64,000 nt of DNA from assembly GCF_041956535.1 (NCBI RefSeq), contig NW_027192199.1:825693-889692 (forward strand), given 5' to 3'. Position 1 is the first letter of the stretch. Every line of letters begins with the position of its first letter. This document shows positions 49,570 to 61,284 of this stretch, in pieces. The position numbers were made by a program, and so were the translations under genes. The notes under the pieces were generated by a model. The model was given only the letters and a program-made list of their open reading frames with translations, had not been told where the DNA came from and ran no database searches. The DNA comes from Calcarisporiella thermophila CBS 279.70. Its lineage: Eukaryota > Fungi > Calcarisporiellomycota.

Positions 49570-51232
49570 TTAAACCTTTACAAAAATGCTCTTGTTGACG
49601 CGTAACCTCAACACAAGAATGATAAGGGCGGCGAGCACCGACAATGCGCCCGTAAATTCCGCGAGCGGGACGAAAGTGGTACGGTTCTGAGCATCCAAGA
49701 TCAGGCCTGCAAGCGGTGGGCCCAGAAGCGAGCCGAAGGTGGTCGCGAAAAAGATGAATCCAAACACGTCGTGTAGGTGCTGAATCGGCACCAACTCGGC
49801 ACACACCACGGGGAAGAGTGAAATAAACCCTCCTAATCATCAACAAACACAAATCAGATCATCTGCATATGCCTCTCTCTTACCAGGGTGTCGAAATACC
49901 TCCAAATATGCCGTAAAGTACCACAAAGAGTATGAGGATGTTTAAGGATTTGGCCAGCGGCCACACAATCATGGTCGAAAGGCCTCCGGCAAGAGTGCAA
50001 ACCAAGAATACGTTGATCCGTCCGCTGGTGGTTCAGAGTCAGGGTGAGTCAATACATCTATACACAAACGGCGATCTGCAAATCTACTTACAGGTAGTCA
50101 GCAGACATGCCAAGGCCTATTCTTGCCAAGCTGTTAATGCCGCTCATCACTCCAATGAGGGTGGCCGCAAGCGACGCATCCACCCCAATGAACCTCGCGT
50201 ACTGCGCCAACATGAAGAACGGCGCAGCATATCCAAAAGTAATAAAGAAGCCGATGACAAACATGAGCCGTACGTTGACATTGAGGATCTCCCAATCTAA
50301 AAACTTGCGCTTCCGGTGTCCGTGCCTGTTTGCATGGGCGGCAGAATGGGTATTGGGAGGGTGCCAGTCACGAAGGACGAGCGTTGCGCAAGGCATGATT
50401 AAGTAACCGATGAACGCGAGCACCCGCAGGGACCAGGCATACCCTAGCCGCTCCAGTACTGAACGAGCGATGGGTGTTAGTACTAGTCCCCCTATCCCTC
50501 CGCCGCTCATGGAGATTCCAATGGCAAGGCCTCGCCGCTTGGAAAACCATTTCGATGGGATAGTGATGGCGGGAAAATAGGCAAGTGAAATGCCGATTCC
50601 GAAAAGTATTCCTTGAGTCAAAAACACGTGCCAAATCTAGTACCCTAATAGTCAGAAGTGGGCTCCATCATTAGCCTACCCAAGGCTTACCTGACTAGCC
50701 CAGCTGGCCAAGAGAAGAGCCGTTGGCGCGACAAACGAGCCAATCAACATTGTGGAGCGGAATCCAATTAATCGTACAAAGAGGTTCACTACCGGCCCAA
50801 GCCCAAATAAACAAGCCGTCGTGATAGAGCCGACGAAGGATATTGCCAGAGTACTGATTTGGCCTTGATATATGTGATTGAGGTAGAGCTCTTGATAAAT
50901 ACCTAGACGATATTCTGCCAAGTAAGTAGTGGAGGAGATCAGTAGAACAAGTGGAATCATTACCCCAACAAAAGACAATTCCAAATGCGTAAAAATTGCT
51001 ATGATGGGGTGTGATTGTGAGCAGGGATGATGTAGAAATAAGGAACATGAGACCTATATCCTTACGCAAAAAATGCACCCAAGACCACCACCCAGCCATA
51101 TCCACCATCGGGCGGGGAAGCAACTTGGTGACCGTTTGGCTTCTGCCCATCTGCGACTTGTTTTTCTAATGCAGCTCCATCTTGGGTAGGCATCGAATTC
51201 TCTGAAATTTCATAACCGTTTAGCTCACCCAT
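49570..51232 (-). CDS. MFS monocarboxylate-transporter-like (MCT/Mch) permease; multi-exon
   Basis: PPDGGYGWVVV, TQGILFGIG, KWFSKRRGLAIGI..SGGGIGG, GYAWSLR, SLLGPPLAG. Confidence 0.9.
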
Positions 51233-52437
51233 TTTTCAGGAGGAATTTTTCTAGAGTAGCCAACGCTTCCTCCAGTATGTAGTATGAAGCTATTGTATTA
51301 GATTTTCCTGTACTCAGTCCTTTTTATAAGTGATGCTTTTATAGAAATGGATTGCTGTTTATAGCGGCAACTCTCGAGCGACGACCGGCGACGGTAAATC
51401 TCATCTCCGTCGGATACCGGAAAGAGAGATAACCATCGGGCTGCTTTGGGTTCATTTTTTAATGTAAACTCTTCAATAGTGTCTCTTTGTTTCGCCAGCC
51501 TTAATGAATTCAGGTTTTGCGTTCGGGTCACAAACGCCTGGTGATACAAAATTAAGGTTGCCCGAAGAATATTCAGGATGCGGATCGATTAAAGACTGTC
51601 CGAGCCGTAGTTTCCGAGGTAAAAGAGCCAAAGGAAGTAACGGACATGGCCTGGTGCTGACCACTTGGGGCATTGCGCCGCTTAGACTCATTCCTCTCAC
51701 AAGAGGATGCGCCTCCGGAAGAATTATTCAACAAAGCGTGCTTACGGAAATGAAATCCAAAAATTCAAAATTCGGCACTCCAAGAAAAGAAGAGGATCCT
51801 AAACTTAGCCAAAATAGACGGTGTAATATCAGAACAAATGCTTCGTTCAAAGCCAAGTGTTTTTCCAATGGCGGGGGGCATCAGATTACAGAATAAAGCA
51901 CGGCCAAAATTGTCCCTAATACATTCAGTTTCAATCAGACTCTTAGAAAAGCTATGTAAGATTTCTCCAGTTCTGGATGGTTCGGAGTTCCAAAATATTC
52001 CAAATCAAGTAATTTAAGAAGTAAAAGATTGATAAATTTATTCTTTACAAAAAATCAAGGACTATTTATAAACTTCAGAAAATACATTCTTTACATAATA
52101 CAAGTTGGCGTTAAATGGCTAATGTAAGACTTGCGTAATATTACAAAGCTAAAACATTATCTAAGGCAAGACATTATTCTAAATATGTTCTGTAAAAATA
52201 TAAAAAATAATAGTAAAGTCAATTCATTACAAGCTATCTTCAATCCATGAACGATAATATATTAATGGGAAGAGATCTAAAAGAGTACGGCCTATATAAA
52301 TAAATATAAACCTTGTTTTTCACATCTATTTCTTCAAACCGCAATATAAATGGAAGCCTAGTTTCATTCTAAAAAAGTAGGTTTATTTAAACACGAATGG
52401 GTGATGAATATACACCAAATGCGTCAAAAGCGCGTAA

Positions 52438-53816
52438 TTAATCGAGCAGCGGGACCGCCTCGATCACGCTGTGATAAGACCTCGTTGGCACCACTTTTCG
52501 AATCTCGAATCTCGCCTCCTGCAACAACCGTCTATAATCGTCCAGCGACCTTTCGCATGCGCCCTCCCTGAAAAACACCATCATCAATACATCCATGTTG
52601 CATTGCTGGCGAAGAGGCCGCTCTTCCATCACCGTTTCAGAGAGCAATAGCACCCCACCGTCCCGCATCGACTCTCTTACTTTGCATAAAATCTGCAAAC
52701 ACTCTGCATCGGGCCAGTCGTGGAGTACATGCTTGAGGAAGTAGACGCGAGCAGGCGGTAGCTGCTCAAAGAAGTTCCCTGAGAGGTAGCTTAGATTGGG
52801 AAGAACAGGGTGGAGTTGTTTTGCTTTTTCGATAACGGCGGGAGTATCAAAGACGACGGCGGAGAGCAGGGGATAATGGGTGAGGAGAGAGCGGGTAAAT
52901 CGCCCCAGCCCGGCCCCCACGTCTATGATGGTCTCGTTTGCATATTGGTTCCAATCATAGTCTACGGGGTCAGAGCAAGTTAGCGAGCTTGTCCTTGTGG
53001 TCCAAATTCTCTGCTGAACCTACCCGCTATCACGGCTGTTTCAATCTCCGCAGTCACCGCCAACATAACTCGGTTAAATTGCTCCTTCTTCTTCGCATTA
53101 TTCGGCATGTCAAGATACTCGAACAAATCCCTGCACCCTGTGGCCAGCTCGGCGCATGTCTGGGTAGATTTTTGGTCGATAGACTCTCCCAAATACTGGG
53201 AGAACAAAAGTGGCTCTTCCAATCTATCAAAGCATTAATAAATAGAGATGTTACAACGCAAGGGTCAGCACTCACTCACCCCAAGTGAAAAGCAGTGCTC
53301 CTCGGATGATCTCGACGTAGCACATCGGATTGTAGATTATTGCGATAAACATGGCAAGACACCTCTTCGAATATCCCAAGGCCCACCAATTGGCGCATCA
53401 CCCGTCCTAAGTTCGAGAGATTAGTAACTCAGCATAGTGGACAACGGCTCTTTTCTGCTCATACCAAGTTGCGTTGCCTTGGCCCCTGCTTTTTCTGCGA
53501 GATCTTCAAGCCTCATCTCCCCATCGCCCAGCAAATCCGCCACTCCAAATTTTGCTACCACGAGAAGGGATCTAGTCTCCAAAAACTGCCTAGCTATCCG
53601 CTGTGCTCTGTCGACCGGGGTCTCGGCAATGGTCTCGAAGTGAAGCAAGAGCCGTTGGGCTTCCCGGCGAGCTTTGACCACCTCCCAGGGCTCAAGTGTC
53701 TGCCTAGGGTCGGTGGCGCGGTGGCGGTGGATTAGGAGAAGATTATCGCTGAAGGATTTGATTTGAGATTGAAGAGTGGAGTTTGCGTCCACTGAAGTCG
53801 AACTCTTCCGAACCAT
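52438..53816 (-). CDS. SAM-dependent O-methyltransferase (COMT / Methyltransf_2 type); multi-exon
   Basis: N-terminal dimerisation region (VAKFGVADLL); IIDVGAGLG, VVFDTP, GNFF, LKHVLHDWPD, ERS motifs. Confidence 0.92.
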
Positions 53817-54891
53817 TGTGGGGATTTCAAACAAGTAAAATGCCTGTGAATGGAGAAACTATTCAAGTGTCGGTAAATTACAGAGACTATCGATCCAAGA
53901 AAAGAGGCCAATTTTATAACGAAGATAGAGTTATTAACTAGGAGGCCAGAGTTAAACAATAGCTTTTTGCTGAGCTGGTTATTCGACAAATAAGCGCCAA
54001 GCTAGAGCATACCGCGTTGGATGTCATCGAGTTGCGCTTCCAGAAAAACCAATCCCAAGGATTTTCATGGCATTAAACTCTGTTTGGTCGCAAGCTTCCC
54101 ACGAGAGTCCATTCCGCCATTAAGGGTTAGTGCGCTGAGAAGGAGTCGGATACGCGGATTTAAGGGCGACTGTGGTATAACTTTATTGGGAGGAAACGGT
54201 CTATGCGTTATTCCGCCAGCTCCATGGCAATCGCTATTGTTGCTTGTCTTAAAAAAAGAATAATAATTTAGAGTTTGAGCATCCAAGCAATGCCGTCCGC
54301 CAATAGCCAAGTTTAGTTGATTAACACGAATATTTTCTAATTAATTAAGCTTAATAAATAATTTTGAGATTAAAATCCAAGTGGTTGATTACACTCTTTG
54401 ACCTACAGCCTAAAGAATTTTCTCAAGGGCAAGCGGTAACTATTGCTGCTTTAGAGTTGCCATAGGGGCAAATATTTCCAAAAATATCAAACCTAAAGAG
54501 ATGAACAAAGCGAAATTAAATTATTTGATGAAGGGTTTGAGAATAGACCGGCGCTTTCCAGTTGGATCCGAGCAGAGATGGCTCGAGGCGCGCCGTATCG
54601 GCTGGACATTTATGGAGTATTGGAACCCACTTCATCAATGAATGGGGCAAAGCCTAAACTGTCACACTTACTCTAACTTTCGGAAGAGAGAGAAGCTAGG
54701 GGCAGGGAGCGAATTTGGGCCTTCTACCAGACTATGCCCTTGTTCTGAGATCAAACCAGGGGAATGCTTACCTCAACGGTCCCCATCTGCTTCTGCGACA
54801 GGTATATAAGGCCGCCATGTTTTGAGAATGGATTATCATAAAGCAAACGAAAAACAAAATTCTATCCATCCTCCCTCACTTGAATCATAAA

Positions 54892-57663
54892 ATGACCATT
54901 GCCGACCTTGTCCCGCTTCCCACCGTGCAATTCAGCGAAGCCGGAAACCTCACACGACTCCTTCTCCGAGCAGCCAAGACACAACCAGAACATGGAATAT
55001 TCTACATCCCAGATACCGAGCATATCGACAAGCCCCTCTTTACCACCTACCCATCATTAGTCTCGACTGCAAGGGCTCTTTGTGCCTCGCTCCAGCAATT
55101 GGGACTGCAGCCAGGCGATCCAGTCGTACTCTATTTCGATCGGCACCAAGATTACATTGAGACCTTCTGGGCCTGTCTTTTTGGCGGCTTTATTCCCTGT
55201 CCCCTCGCACCTCTGAGCCCTGATCTCAATCTACGATCCAAGCATCTCGAGCATATCCACACCCTCCTCGATTCCCCAATCTTTCTCACCAGAGGAACCC
55301 TTCTACCACAGCTGGTAGCTTCAGTGAATCTCCGCACCACGCCTCTGGAGTCTCTGAGCACGACAGAAGAGACTTTGACCTTGCATATGGCTGCTCCAGC
55401 CGACATCGCCGTGCTCATGCTTACCTCAGGCTCTACTGGCAACTCCAAAGCGGTCCAGCTAACTCATGACAACCTACTAGCCAGCATGAGCGGCAAGAAT
55501 AGTTGCCATATGCTTTCCGAGAAGGATCGTATTTTCAGTTGGATCGGGTTTGATCATGTTGCCTGTGTCACGGAGGGCCACCTGAATGCTATTACCTGGT
55601 GCGCAAGCCAAATCCATGCCAGCTCCTCGGTGGTATTGGCGGATCCTCGTCATTTCTTGAAGATCATCAACAACCATCGAGTTTCGTTCACGTTTGCACC
55701 CAACTTTCTATTTGCCCAAATTGAAGCTGCACTTCAACGCCATCCAGAGGACTCCTATGATCTTTCATCTCTACGCTTGATCACCAGTGGAGGTGAAGCG
55801 ATTGTGACTGAGACTGCAAAGCGATTTCTTGGCCGGTTGAAGCGGTTCGGGATGGCTCAGGATATCATCGTCCCAGGATTCGGTATGACGGAGACATGCG
55901 CAGGAAGCATCTATAACATGCATTTTCCCGAGGTTGACCAAGGCGCTGAGTTTGCTTCCCTTGGCCGCCCCGTCAAAGGGCTGCAAATGCGCATTGTGGA
56001 CGACGATGGCAAAAAGGTGCCGGAAGACACCGTGGGCGATCTCGAGCTCAAAGGAAGGATTATATTTGCAGGATATTGGAATAACCCTAGAGCCAATGAG
56101 GAATCCTTTACTGCGGACGGGTGGTTCAGAACTGGAGACCGTGGATATATCCGGGATGGCTGTCTTTCGCTCTCCGGCCGCAAAAAGGACAGCATCATCA
56201 TCAATGGCGTCAACTACTTTAGTCATGAGCTGGAAACAATGCTCGAAGAAGTTGATGGCATCGCTCGCTCACATGTTGCAGTGTGCCCCATCCGCCTGGC
56301 CGATTACGACACCGAACAGATGGGAATATTCTTCCTCCCCACCTTCGATATCACCCACGAAGAGCCCTTGATCCGCACGTGCACTGACATTCGTGACAAA
56401 GCTGTCCTGTATTGCGGAGTCAAGCCTCAAGTTATTCTCCCCCTCTCAAAGGATCTCATGAACAAGTCCAGCCTGGGCAAGCTCTCCCGTTCGCGTCTCC
56501 GGAATCAATTTGAAACAGGCCAATTCGTGCACATTCAGAAAGAGGTGGAGGCCATCTTTGCCAAAGCAAAGCACCGCGATTACCAGGCCCCCGAGACCCT
56601 GGTAGAGAAGACACTGGCCGAACTTTACTCCCAGATATTTAACATCCCTTTGGAAGAAATCGGTGCAAACACTAACTTTTTTGACTTGGGAGCTAGCTCG
56701 CTTCATGTGGTGCGCTACAAGGCAAAGGTGATGACCACCCTCCAACTTGATGACTTTCCGATCATCTGGATCATGCAATATCCCACCATCCGCGAGCTTG
56801 CCGCCAAGCTTGACAAAAGAGATGCGCTCACGGAGTACGACCCCGTCGTCCCGCTACAGAAGACCGGCAAAAAAACACCCATTTTCTTTGTCCATCCCGG
56901 GGTCGGCGAGGTTCTCATTTTCGTAAATCTGGCTAAGTACTTCGTCAACGAGAGACCGTTCTATGCCCTTCGGGCCCGCGGGTTCAACTCCAACGAGAGG
57001 TACTTCCAGTCGTTTGAGGAAATGGTGGAGTCGTATACGCGTGCGATTCGCAGAACCCAACCCAAAGGGCCGTATGCTGTTGCAGGCTACTCGTACGGAG
57101 GGGTGGTGGCCTTTGAGATTGCCAAGCAGCTCGAAGCCGAAGGAGAGGAGGTCAAGTTTGTAGGCGCAGTGAATATCCCCCCGCACATTAAACAACGCAT
57201 GGACCAGTTGGACTGGACGGAGGGCTTCTTGAACCTCGCGTATTTCCTCGACTTGCTGAGCAAGGAGCGTGCTCGTGAGCTCTCGCCTTATCTACACACC
57301 CTAACCAGAGAAGAGCAACTGAAATATATCTGGAGCATCGCGCCCCCCGCCCGCATCCAAGAGCTCGACCTTGATCTCAACAGGCTCGAGGACTGGGTGG
57401 ATCTGGCTCAATCACTGTTGAATGCGGGTCGCTTTTACGAGCCGAGCGGTAAAGTGGATCGGCTCACCGTCTTCTATGCCGTGCCCCTCTTCGGTACTAA
57501 ACAAGAGTGGTTGGAGAGGCAACTTAAGCCGTGGGATCAGTTTTCTCGCCGTGCCAACCGATATATTGACGTTCCTGGAGAGCATTATACCCTGATGGAC
57601 ATCCACCACGTTGCTCAGTTTCAAAAAATATTCCGCAATGAGCTTGCAAGGAGTGGGCTTTGA
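54892..57663 (+). CDS. NRPS-like enzyme A-T-TE (atromentin/TdiA-type aryl-alpha-keto-acid dimerising synthetase)
   Basis: A domain LTSGSTGNSK, FDHVA, GFGMTETCAG, WFRTGD, GRKKD, KSSLGKL; T domain FFDLGASSL; TE domain HPGVGE, GYSYGG, NIPPHI, GEHYT; no C domain; intronless. Confidence 0.93.
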   Translation: MTIADLVPLPTVQFSEAGNLTRLLLRAAKTQPEHGIFYIPDTEHIDKPLFTTYPSLVSTARALCASLQQLGLQPGDPVVLYFDRHQDYIETFWACLFGGFIPCPLAPLSPDLNLRSKHLEHIHTLLDSPIFLTRGTLLPQLVASVNLRTTPLESLSTTEETLTLHMAAPADIAVLMLTSGSTGNSKAVQLTHDNLLASMSGKNSCHMLSEKDRIFSWIGFDHVACVTEGHLNAITWCASQIHASSSVVLADPRHFLKIINNHRVSFTFAPNFLFAQIEAALQRHPEDSYDLSSLRLITSGGEAIVTETAKRFLGRLKRFGMAQDIIVPGFGMTETCAGSIYNMHFPEVDQGAEFASLGRPVKGLQMRIVDDDGKKVPEDTVGDLELKGRIIFAGYWNNPRANEESFTADGWFRTGDRGYIRDGCLSLSGRKKDSIIINGVNYFSHELETMLEEVDGIARSHVAVCPIRLADYDTEQMGIFFLPTFDITHEEPLIRTCTDIRDKAVLYCGVKPQVILPLSKDLMNKSSLGKLSRSRLRNQFETGQFVHIQKEVEAIFAKAKHRDYQAPETLVEKTLAELYSQIFNIPLEEIGANTNFFDLGASSLHVVRYKAKVMTTLQLDDFPIIWIMQYPTIRELAAKLDKRDALTEYDPVVPLQKTGKKTPIFFVHPGVGEVLIFVNLAKYFVNERPFYALRARGFNSNERYFQSFEEMVESYTRAIRRTQPKGPYAVAGYSYGGVVAFEIAKQLEAEGEEVKFVGAVNIPPHIKQRMDQLDWTEGFLNLAYFLDLLSKERARELSPYLHTLTREEQLKYIWSIAPPARIQELDLDLNRLEDWVDLAQSLLNAGRFYEPSGKVDRLTVFYAVPLFGTKQEWLERQLKPWDQFSRRANRYIDVPGEHYTLMDIHHVAQFQKIFRNELARSGL

Positions 57664-58646
57664 TTTTTTTTTATATATATATATTCTCTTTGTATTTCAT
57701 TCGTATTGTTTTTTTAAAAAAAATTGATGTTTTTTGATTCATTTTTGTTTGATTTATTGTTATGCCTGTATTTATTTGAAAACCTTGATATTATACATCA
57801 GCTCTATGTGGCGACTTTTGTTATTAATGCATTATGTTATCTTTCGTTTTCATAAAATCTTGGTGAGGGTTGAACTTTATTTTCAGGAAAAAGAAGGTGG
57901 CAATAATACGAATAACATGAAAATCGTGAATAATCCAACGACAAATAAAAAAAATACTCAATCTCTTCCTTTTCTATTGAATGATAAAATAGAAATATTT
58001 TAGAGGTAATCGTATTTTGAATTTTCTTATGACGAGAGAATATTCATTTCAATAACATCAAAATCTTTAACGTAAACTCAATAATTAATATGCATTAACG
58101 CAAATGCTAATTCCCAAATATGTTTAGCATCGACCAAGGAGTTGACTAGGGAAACCAGTGGCTCGAGCACGAATATTTTACTCAATTTTGATAAATCTAT
58201 CCAAAAGTCGAGAGGAATGTCTATTTTTATTCTTTATGAAAAGGTTCACTAAGGGAGAGACGAAGACCATTTTAAGTGGCCGGCCTAAATTTTAAGCATT
58301 TGGCTATCTTCTCTCTCTCAAAAGTTTACAGCCAATTTATTAATTCGCAACGTGATATAAAGGGAGACGATATTGGAAGGGCCAAGAGAACAATCGTATC
58401 ATATAGAAAATCAAGCCTCAATTTATCGCGCAGTTGAATGAAAAATCCCTGACGATTCACTAGGTCTGTATCAAGGTAATAGAATCGAAAACCATCTAAA
58501 GAATTCAATCAAGGAAAGCCATCCTACAATTTTGTATCGACGTGGTATTGGCGTTTTAGCGACTTCTCTCATAGCCCATTCCCACCCATCCGTGTCACCT
58601 CCATCACAAATCAAGAGGCTCAGCATCGGACCCTAAATCAGAACGA

Positions 58647-59144
58647 TTAGTCGTCCGTCACGCGCTTGCAACCATCATACGGTATATACTTATAAACCGC
58701 ATATTTTGGCAGTGTTTTGTCCAATTTCATCATGTTCTTCACCTGCTCAACGCCATTGTCCCAATAGATGTGTTGTCTCATTCTGATTTTGTCTGGATCG
58801 TCCAAGCTCCCCACGGTTATCCCGCGCCAACCTTGATCCTCGTCGGACAGCACGAACAATTGGGTCCCACACTCGGGGCAGAATCCCCGCCTGGTGTCCG
58901 CTGAACTCTGGTAGAACTTAGCTTTGTTTTCGACAGGCGTGAGGAACACGAGATGTTTTTCGGCCAGCCAGAAGTAGCTTGGGAGCATCGCGCCAGTGGA
59001 TTTACGGCATTGAGTGCAATGGCAGATGTTCACGAATGATGATGAAGCCGTGCTGAAGTCATGCGGCAACTTGGCACGGTAGCGGATATGGCCACAAAGG
59101 CAGCTGCCCTCGACAGTAAAGTTTTCACAAGGGCCCGAGTTCAT
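58647..59144 (-). CDS. GFA/CENP-V family zinc protein, copy 1
   Basis: GSCLCG, CHCTQCRK and RGFCPECGTQL zinc-ligand motifs; HIYW. Confidence 0.9.
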   Translation of the reverse strand: MNSGPCENFTVEGSCLCGHIRYRAKLPHDFSTASSSFVNICHCTQCRKSTGAMLPSYFWLAEKHLVFLTPVENKAKFYQSSADTRRGFCPECGTQLFVLSDEDQGWRGITVGSLDDPDKIRMRQHIYWDNGVEQVKNMMKLDKTLPKYAVYKYIPYDGCKRVTDD

Positions 59145-59747
59145 CGTCTTAGACTATACCTGACCAAGCCTTGCAGCAGGCGGGAAAGTTCATTATTTAA
59201 AGCGTGTTGAATTTCAGCCTCATCCCGGTTTTTGGTCTTCATATCTGGTGGAGTGCCCCTAGATTAGGAAATAACGAGGCCACGCCACCCTGGCACAATA
59301 GAAAAGGCAGAAGCTCTGACCTAAGCACCAAAGAGCTCTGGAGTTTGTAAGCAATAAGAAAAGAACAGACTTCGATCCATTGGATCTTTATTCGGTTACA
59401 AACGGTGACGATCTTCTTTTTGAACTCCGTGTACAAAAACAACACAGCAAAGTAATACGTGGGATTCAAATCCAAATAAAGCGGTTACTACTGTAAAATT
59501 GTGTATACAAGATCGAAGGCATATATATTTAAGATGAATATTCTTAAACCTCTCGGATTGGTGAAATGTAAAATGAAATTGATGGAATCCGCTGTATATT
59601 TATTGTCCGTTGTCGAAGGATTAAATTAGGCATAAGCCCATGCCAAACTGCACTTTTCTAAGTTCATAAATCGAGAGGTGGCTCATTGGAAACTTGATGC
59701 AGATATAAAAAGTGAGTTTAAAATCCATTTACATCACACGTGAACGA

Positions 59748-60197
59748 CTACTTACACTCGGCATACTTTGGCATCTGCTTGTCCAGAATGAGCAACTCCT
59801 TCATCGACTCAATGCCATGGTTCCAAAAAATATGCTGGCCGGGCTTGAGCCGGTTTGGGTCATCCAGGCTGCCAAGGGTGACCCCACAATGGGCTTCGTC
59901 ATGGCCTGAAAACATGAAGAGTTGGGTTCCACACTCAGGGCAGAAACCACGCTGCGTCCCGGGTGAACTCTCGTAGTGTTTTGGTTTGTTTTCTTCCGGG
60001 GAGAGGAAGGCAAGATTCTCTCGGGGGAACCAGAAATAGCTGGCAAGCAGTGCGCCAGTAGCTCTGCGGCACAAGGAGCAGTGGCAGATAGGGGTGTAAG
60101 CTCCTCCGATATCCTTGGATAGTGTGGCACGGTACCGAATGCGTCCACAGAGGCACCCGCCATCAACCGTGAATTCGCTCGAGGGGTTTGAACTCAT
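59748..60197 (-). CDS. GFA/CENP-V family zinc protein, copy 2; probably a short extra 3' exon ending near 59664
   Basis: GGCLCG, CHCSLCRR, RGFCPECGTQL, HIFW; GTAAGT donor at the ORF end. Confidence 0.9.
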   Translation of the reverse strand: MSSNPSSEFTVDGGCLCGRIRYRATLSKDIGGAYTPICHCSLCRRATGALLASYFWFPRENLAFLSPEENKPKHYESSPGTQRGFCPECGTQLFMFSGHDEAHCGVTLGSLDDPNRLKPGQHIFWNHGIESMKELLILDKQMPKYAECK

Positions 60198-60756
60198 AGT
60201 TCTCTGATATTGTCGAAAAACGAGAGTATGTGGAGCGGCAGGGTGGAACCATGCTGCCGACTGCTGAGCCATTTTATCATCTCCAAATGGATGAGTCAAC
60301 TTGACGATGCCCGGTACCCAATCAAACAGAAGACACGAAGTCGACTAGGAGGCGTCCAATTTTTCTAACTTTTTCTCCCCGCCATGATGCACGTAGCATT
60401 CTTTTCGGCCTATTGCAGTTGCTGAGAGGAAGCTTTTTTATACAATTGATGCTAGTCCAGAAAAGTTGGATTGCGGGCAGTGGCTCGGGGGAGAGACTTG
60501 GCCGGATTCTCACTAGACATGCTAAGGATTGCTATGAGATGTGGCTTAGTTGACATACAAGGAAAATGGAATAGTTGGCGACCATTTCGTGCATACATTA
60601 GGTGGGAATTAATGGAGGCCTCCTTGCATATGGATGCTCCCAAATTGATATATATGGAGCAAGACTCGCCCATCCGCCAAATATCAAATCAAGAAAACCC
60701 TATTCCCATTCCTGCATTCTCCTCCTCTGCTTAATCCATTTTTTCCTTTAGAAGGT

Positions 60757-61284
60757 ATGGCGGACAGCTCGAAAGATAACCACGACCATGCCCTAGAACT
60801 CGAGGGCGGATGCCTCTGTAAACGCATACGCTACCGCGTGTCGCTTCCCGTTTCCTACAACGAATGCGACCCCACCCCGGCCACCTACTGCCACTGCTCT
60901 GTGTGCCGTAAATCCACGGGGGCATTGCTCCCGGCTCTGACGACGGTCCCCGTCTCTGCGTTTACATTCCTCACCCCCCATCGCCCCAAATATTACTCCT
61001 CCTCCCCTGAAGTGTATCGAGGGTTCTGCGAGGAGTGCGGCAGCCAAATATACATGTGGGAGAGGGAGAAAGACGGCGCCAACTACGGGGTGTATGTAGG
61101 TGGGTTCGATGATCCCGACCGCATTCGGGTCGGGAGGCATATCTTCTGGGATTCCGGGGTGGAGCAGGTCAAGGAAGTGTTTGCTCTGGATCCATCTAGA
61201 GCCAAGTGGCGCGAAGGTATGGTAGAAATCGTCGAGGATTGGGTTGCGGGCATAGGTTGCTCACCTTGTTTATTATTTTTATGA
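60757..61284 (+). CDS. GFA/CENP-V family zinc protein, copy 3; 3' end probably spliced
   Basis: GGCLCK, CHCSVCRK, RGFCEECGSQI, HIFW; GTATGG donor near 61217. Confidence 0.9.
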   Translation: MADSSKDNHDHALELEGGCLCKRIRYRVSLPVSYNECDPTPATYCHCSVCRKSTGALLPALTTVPVSAFTFLTPHRPKYYSSSPEVYRGFCEECGSQIYMWEREKDGANYGVYVGGFDDPDRIRVGRHIFWDSGVEQVKEVFALDPSRAKWREGMVEIVEDWVAGIGCSPCLLFL

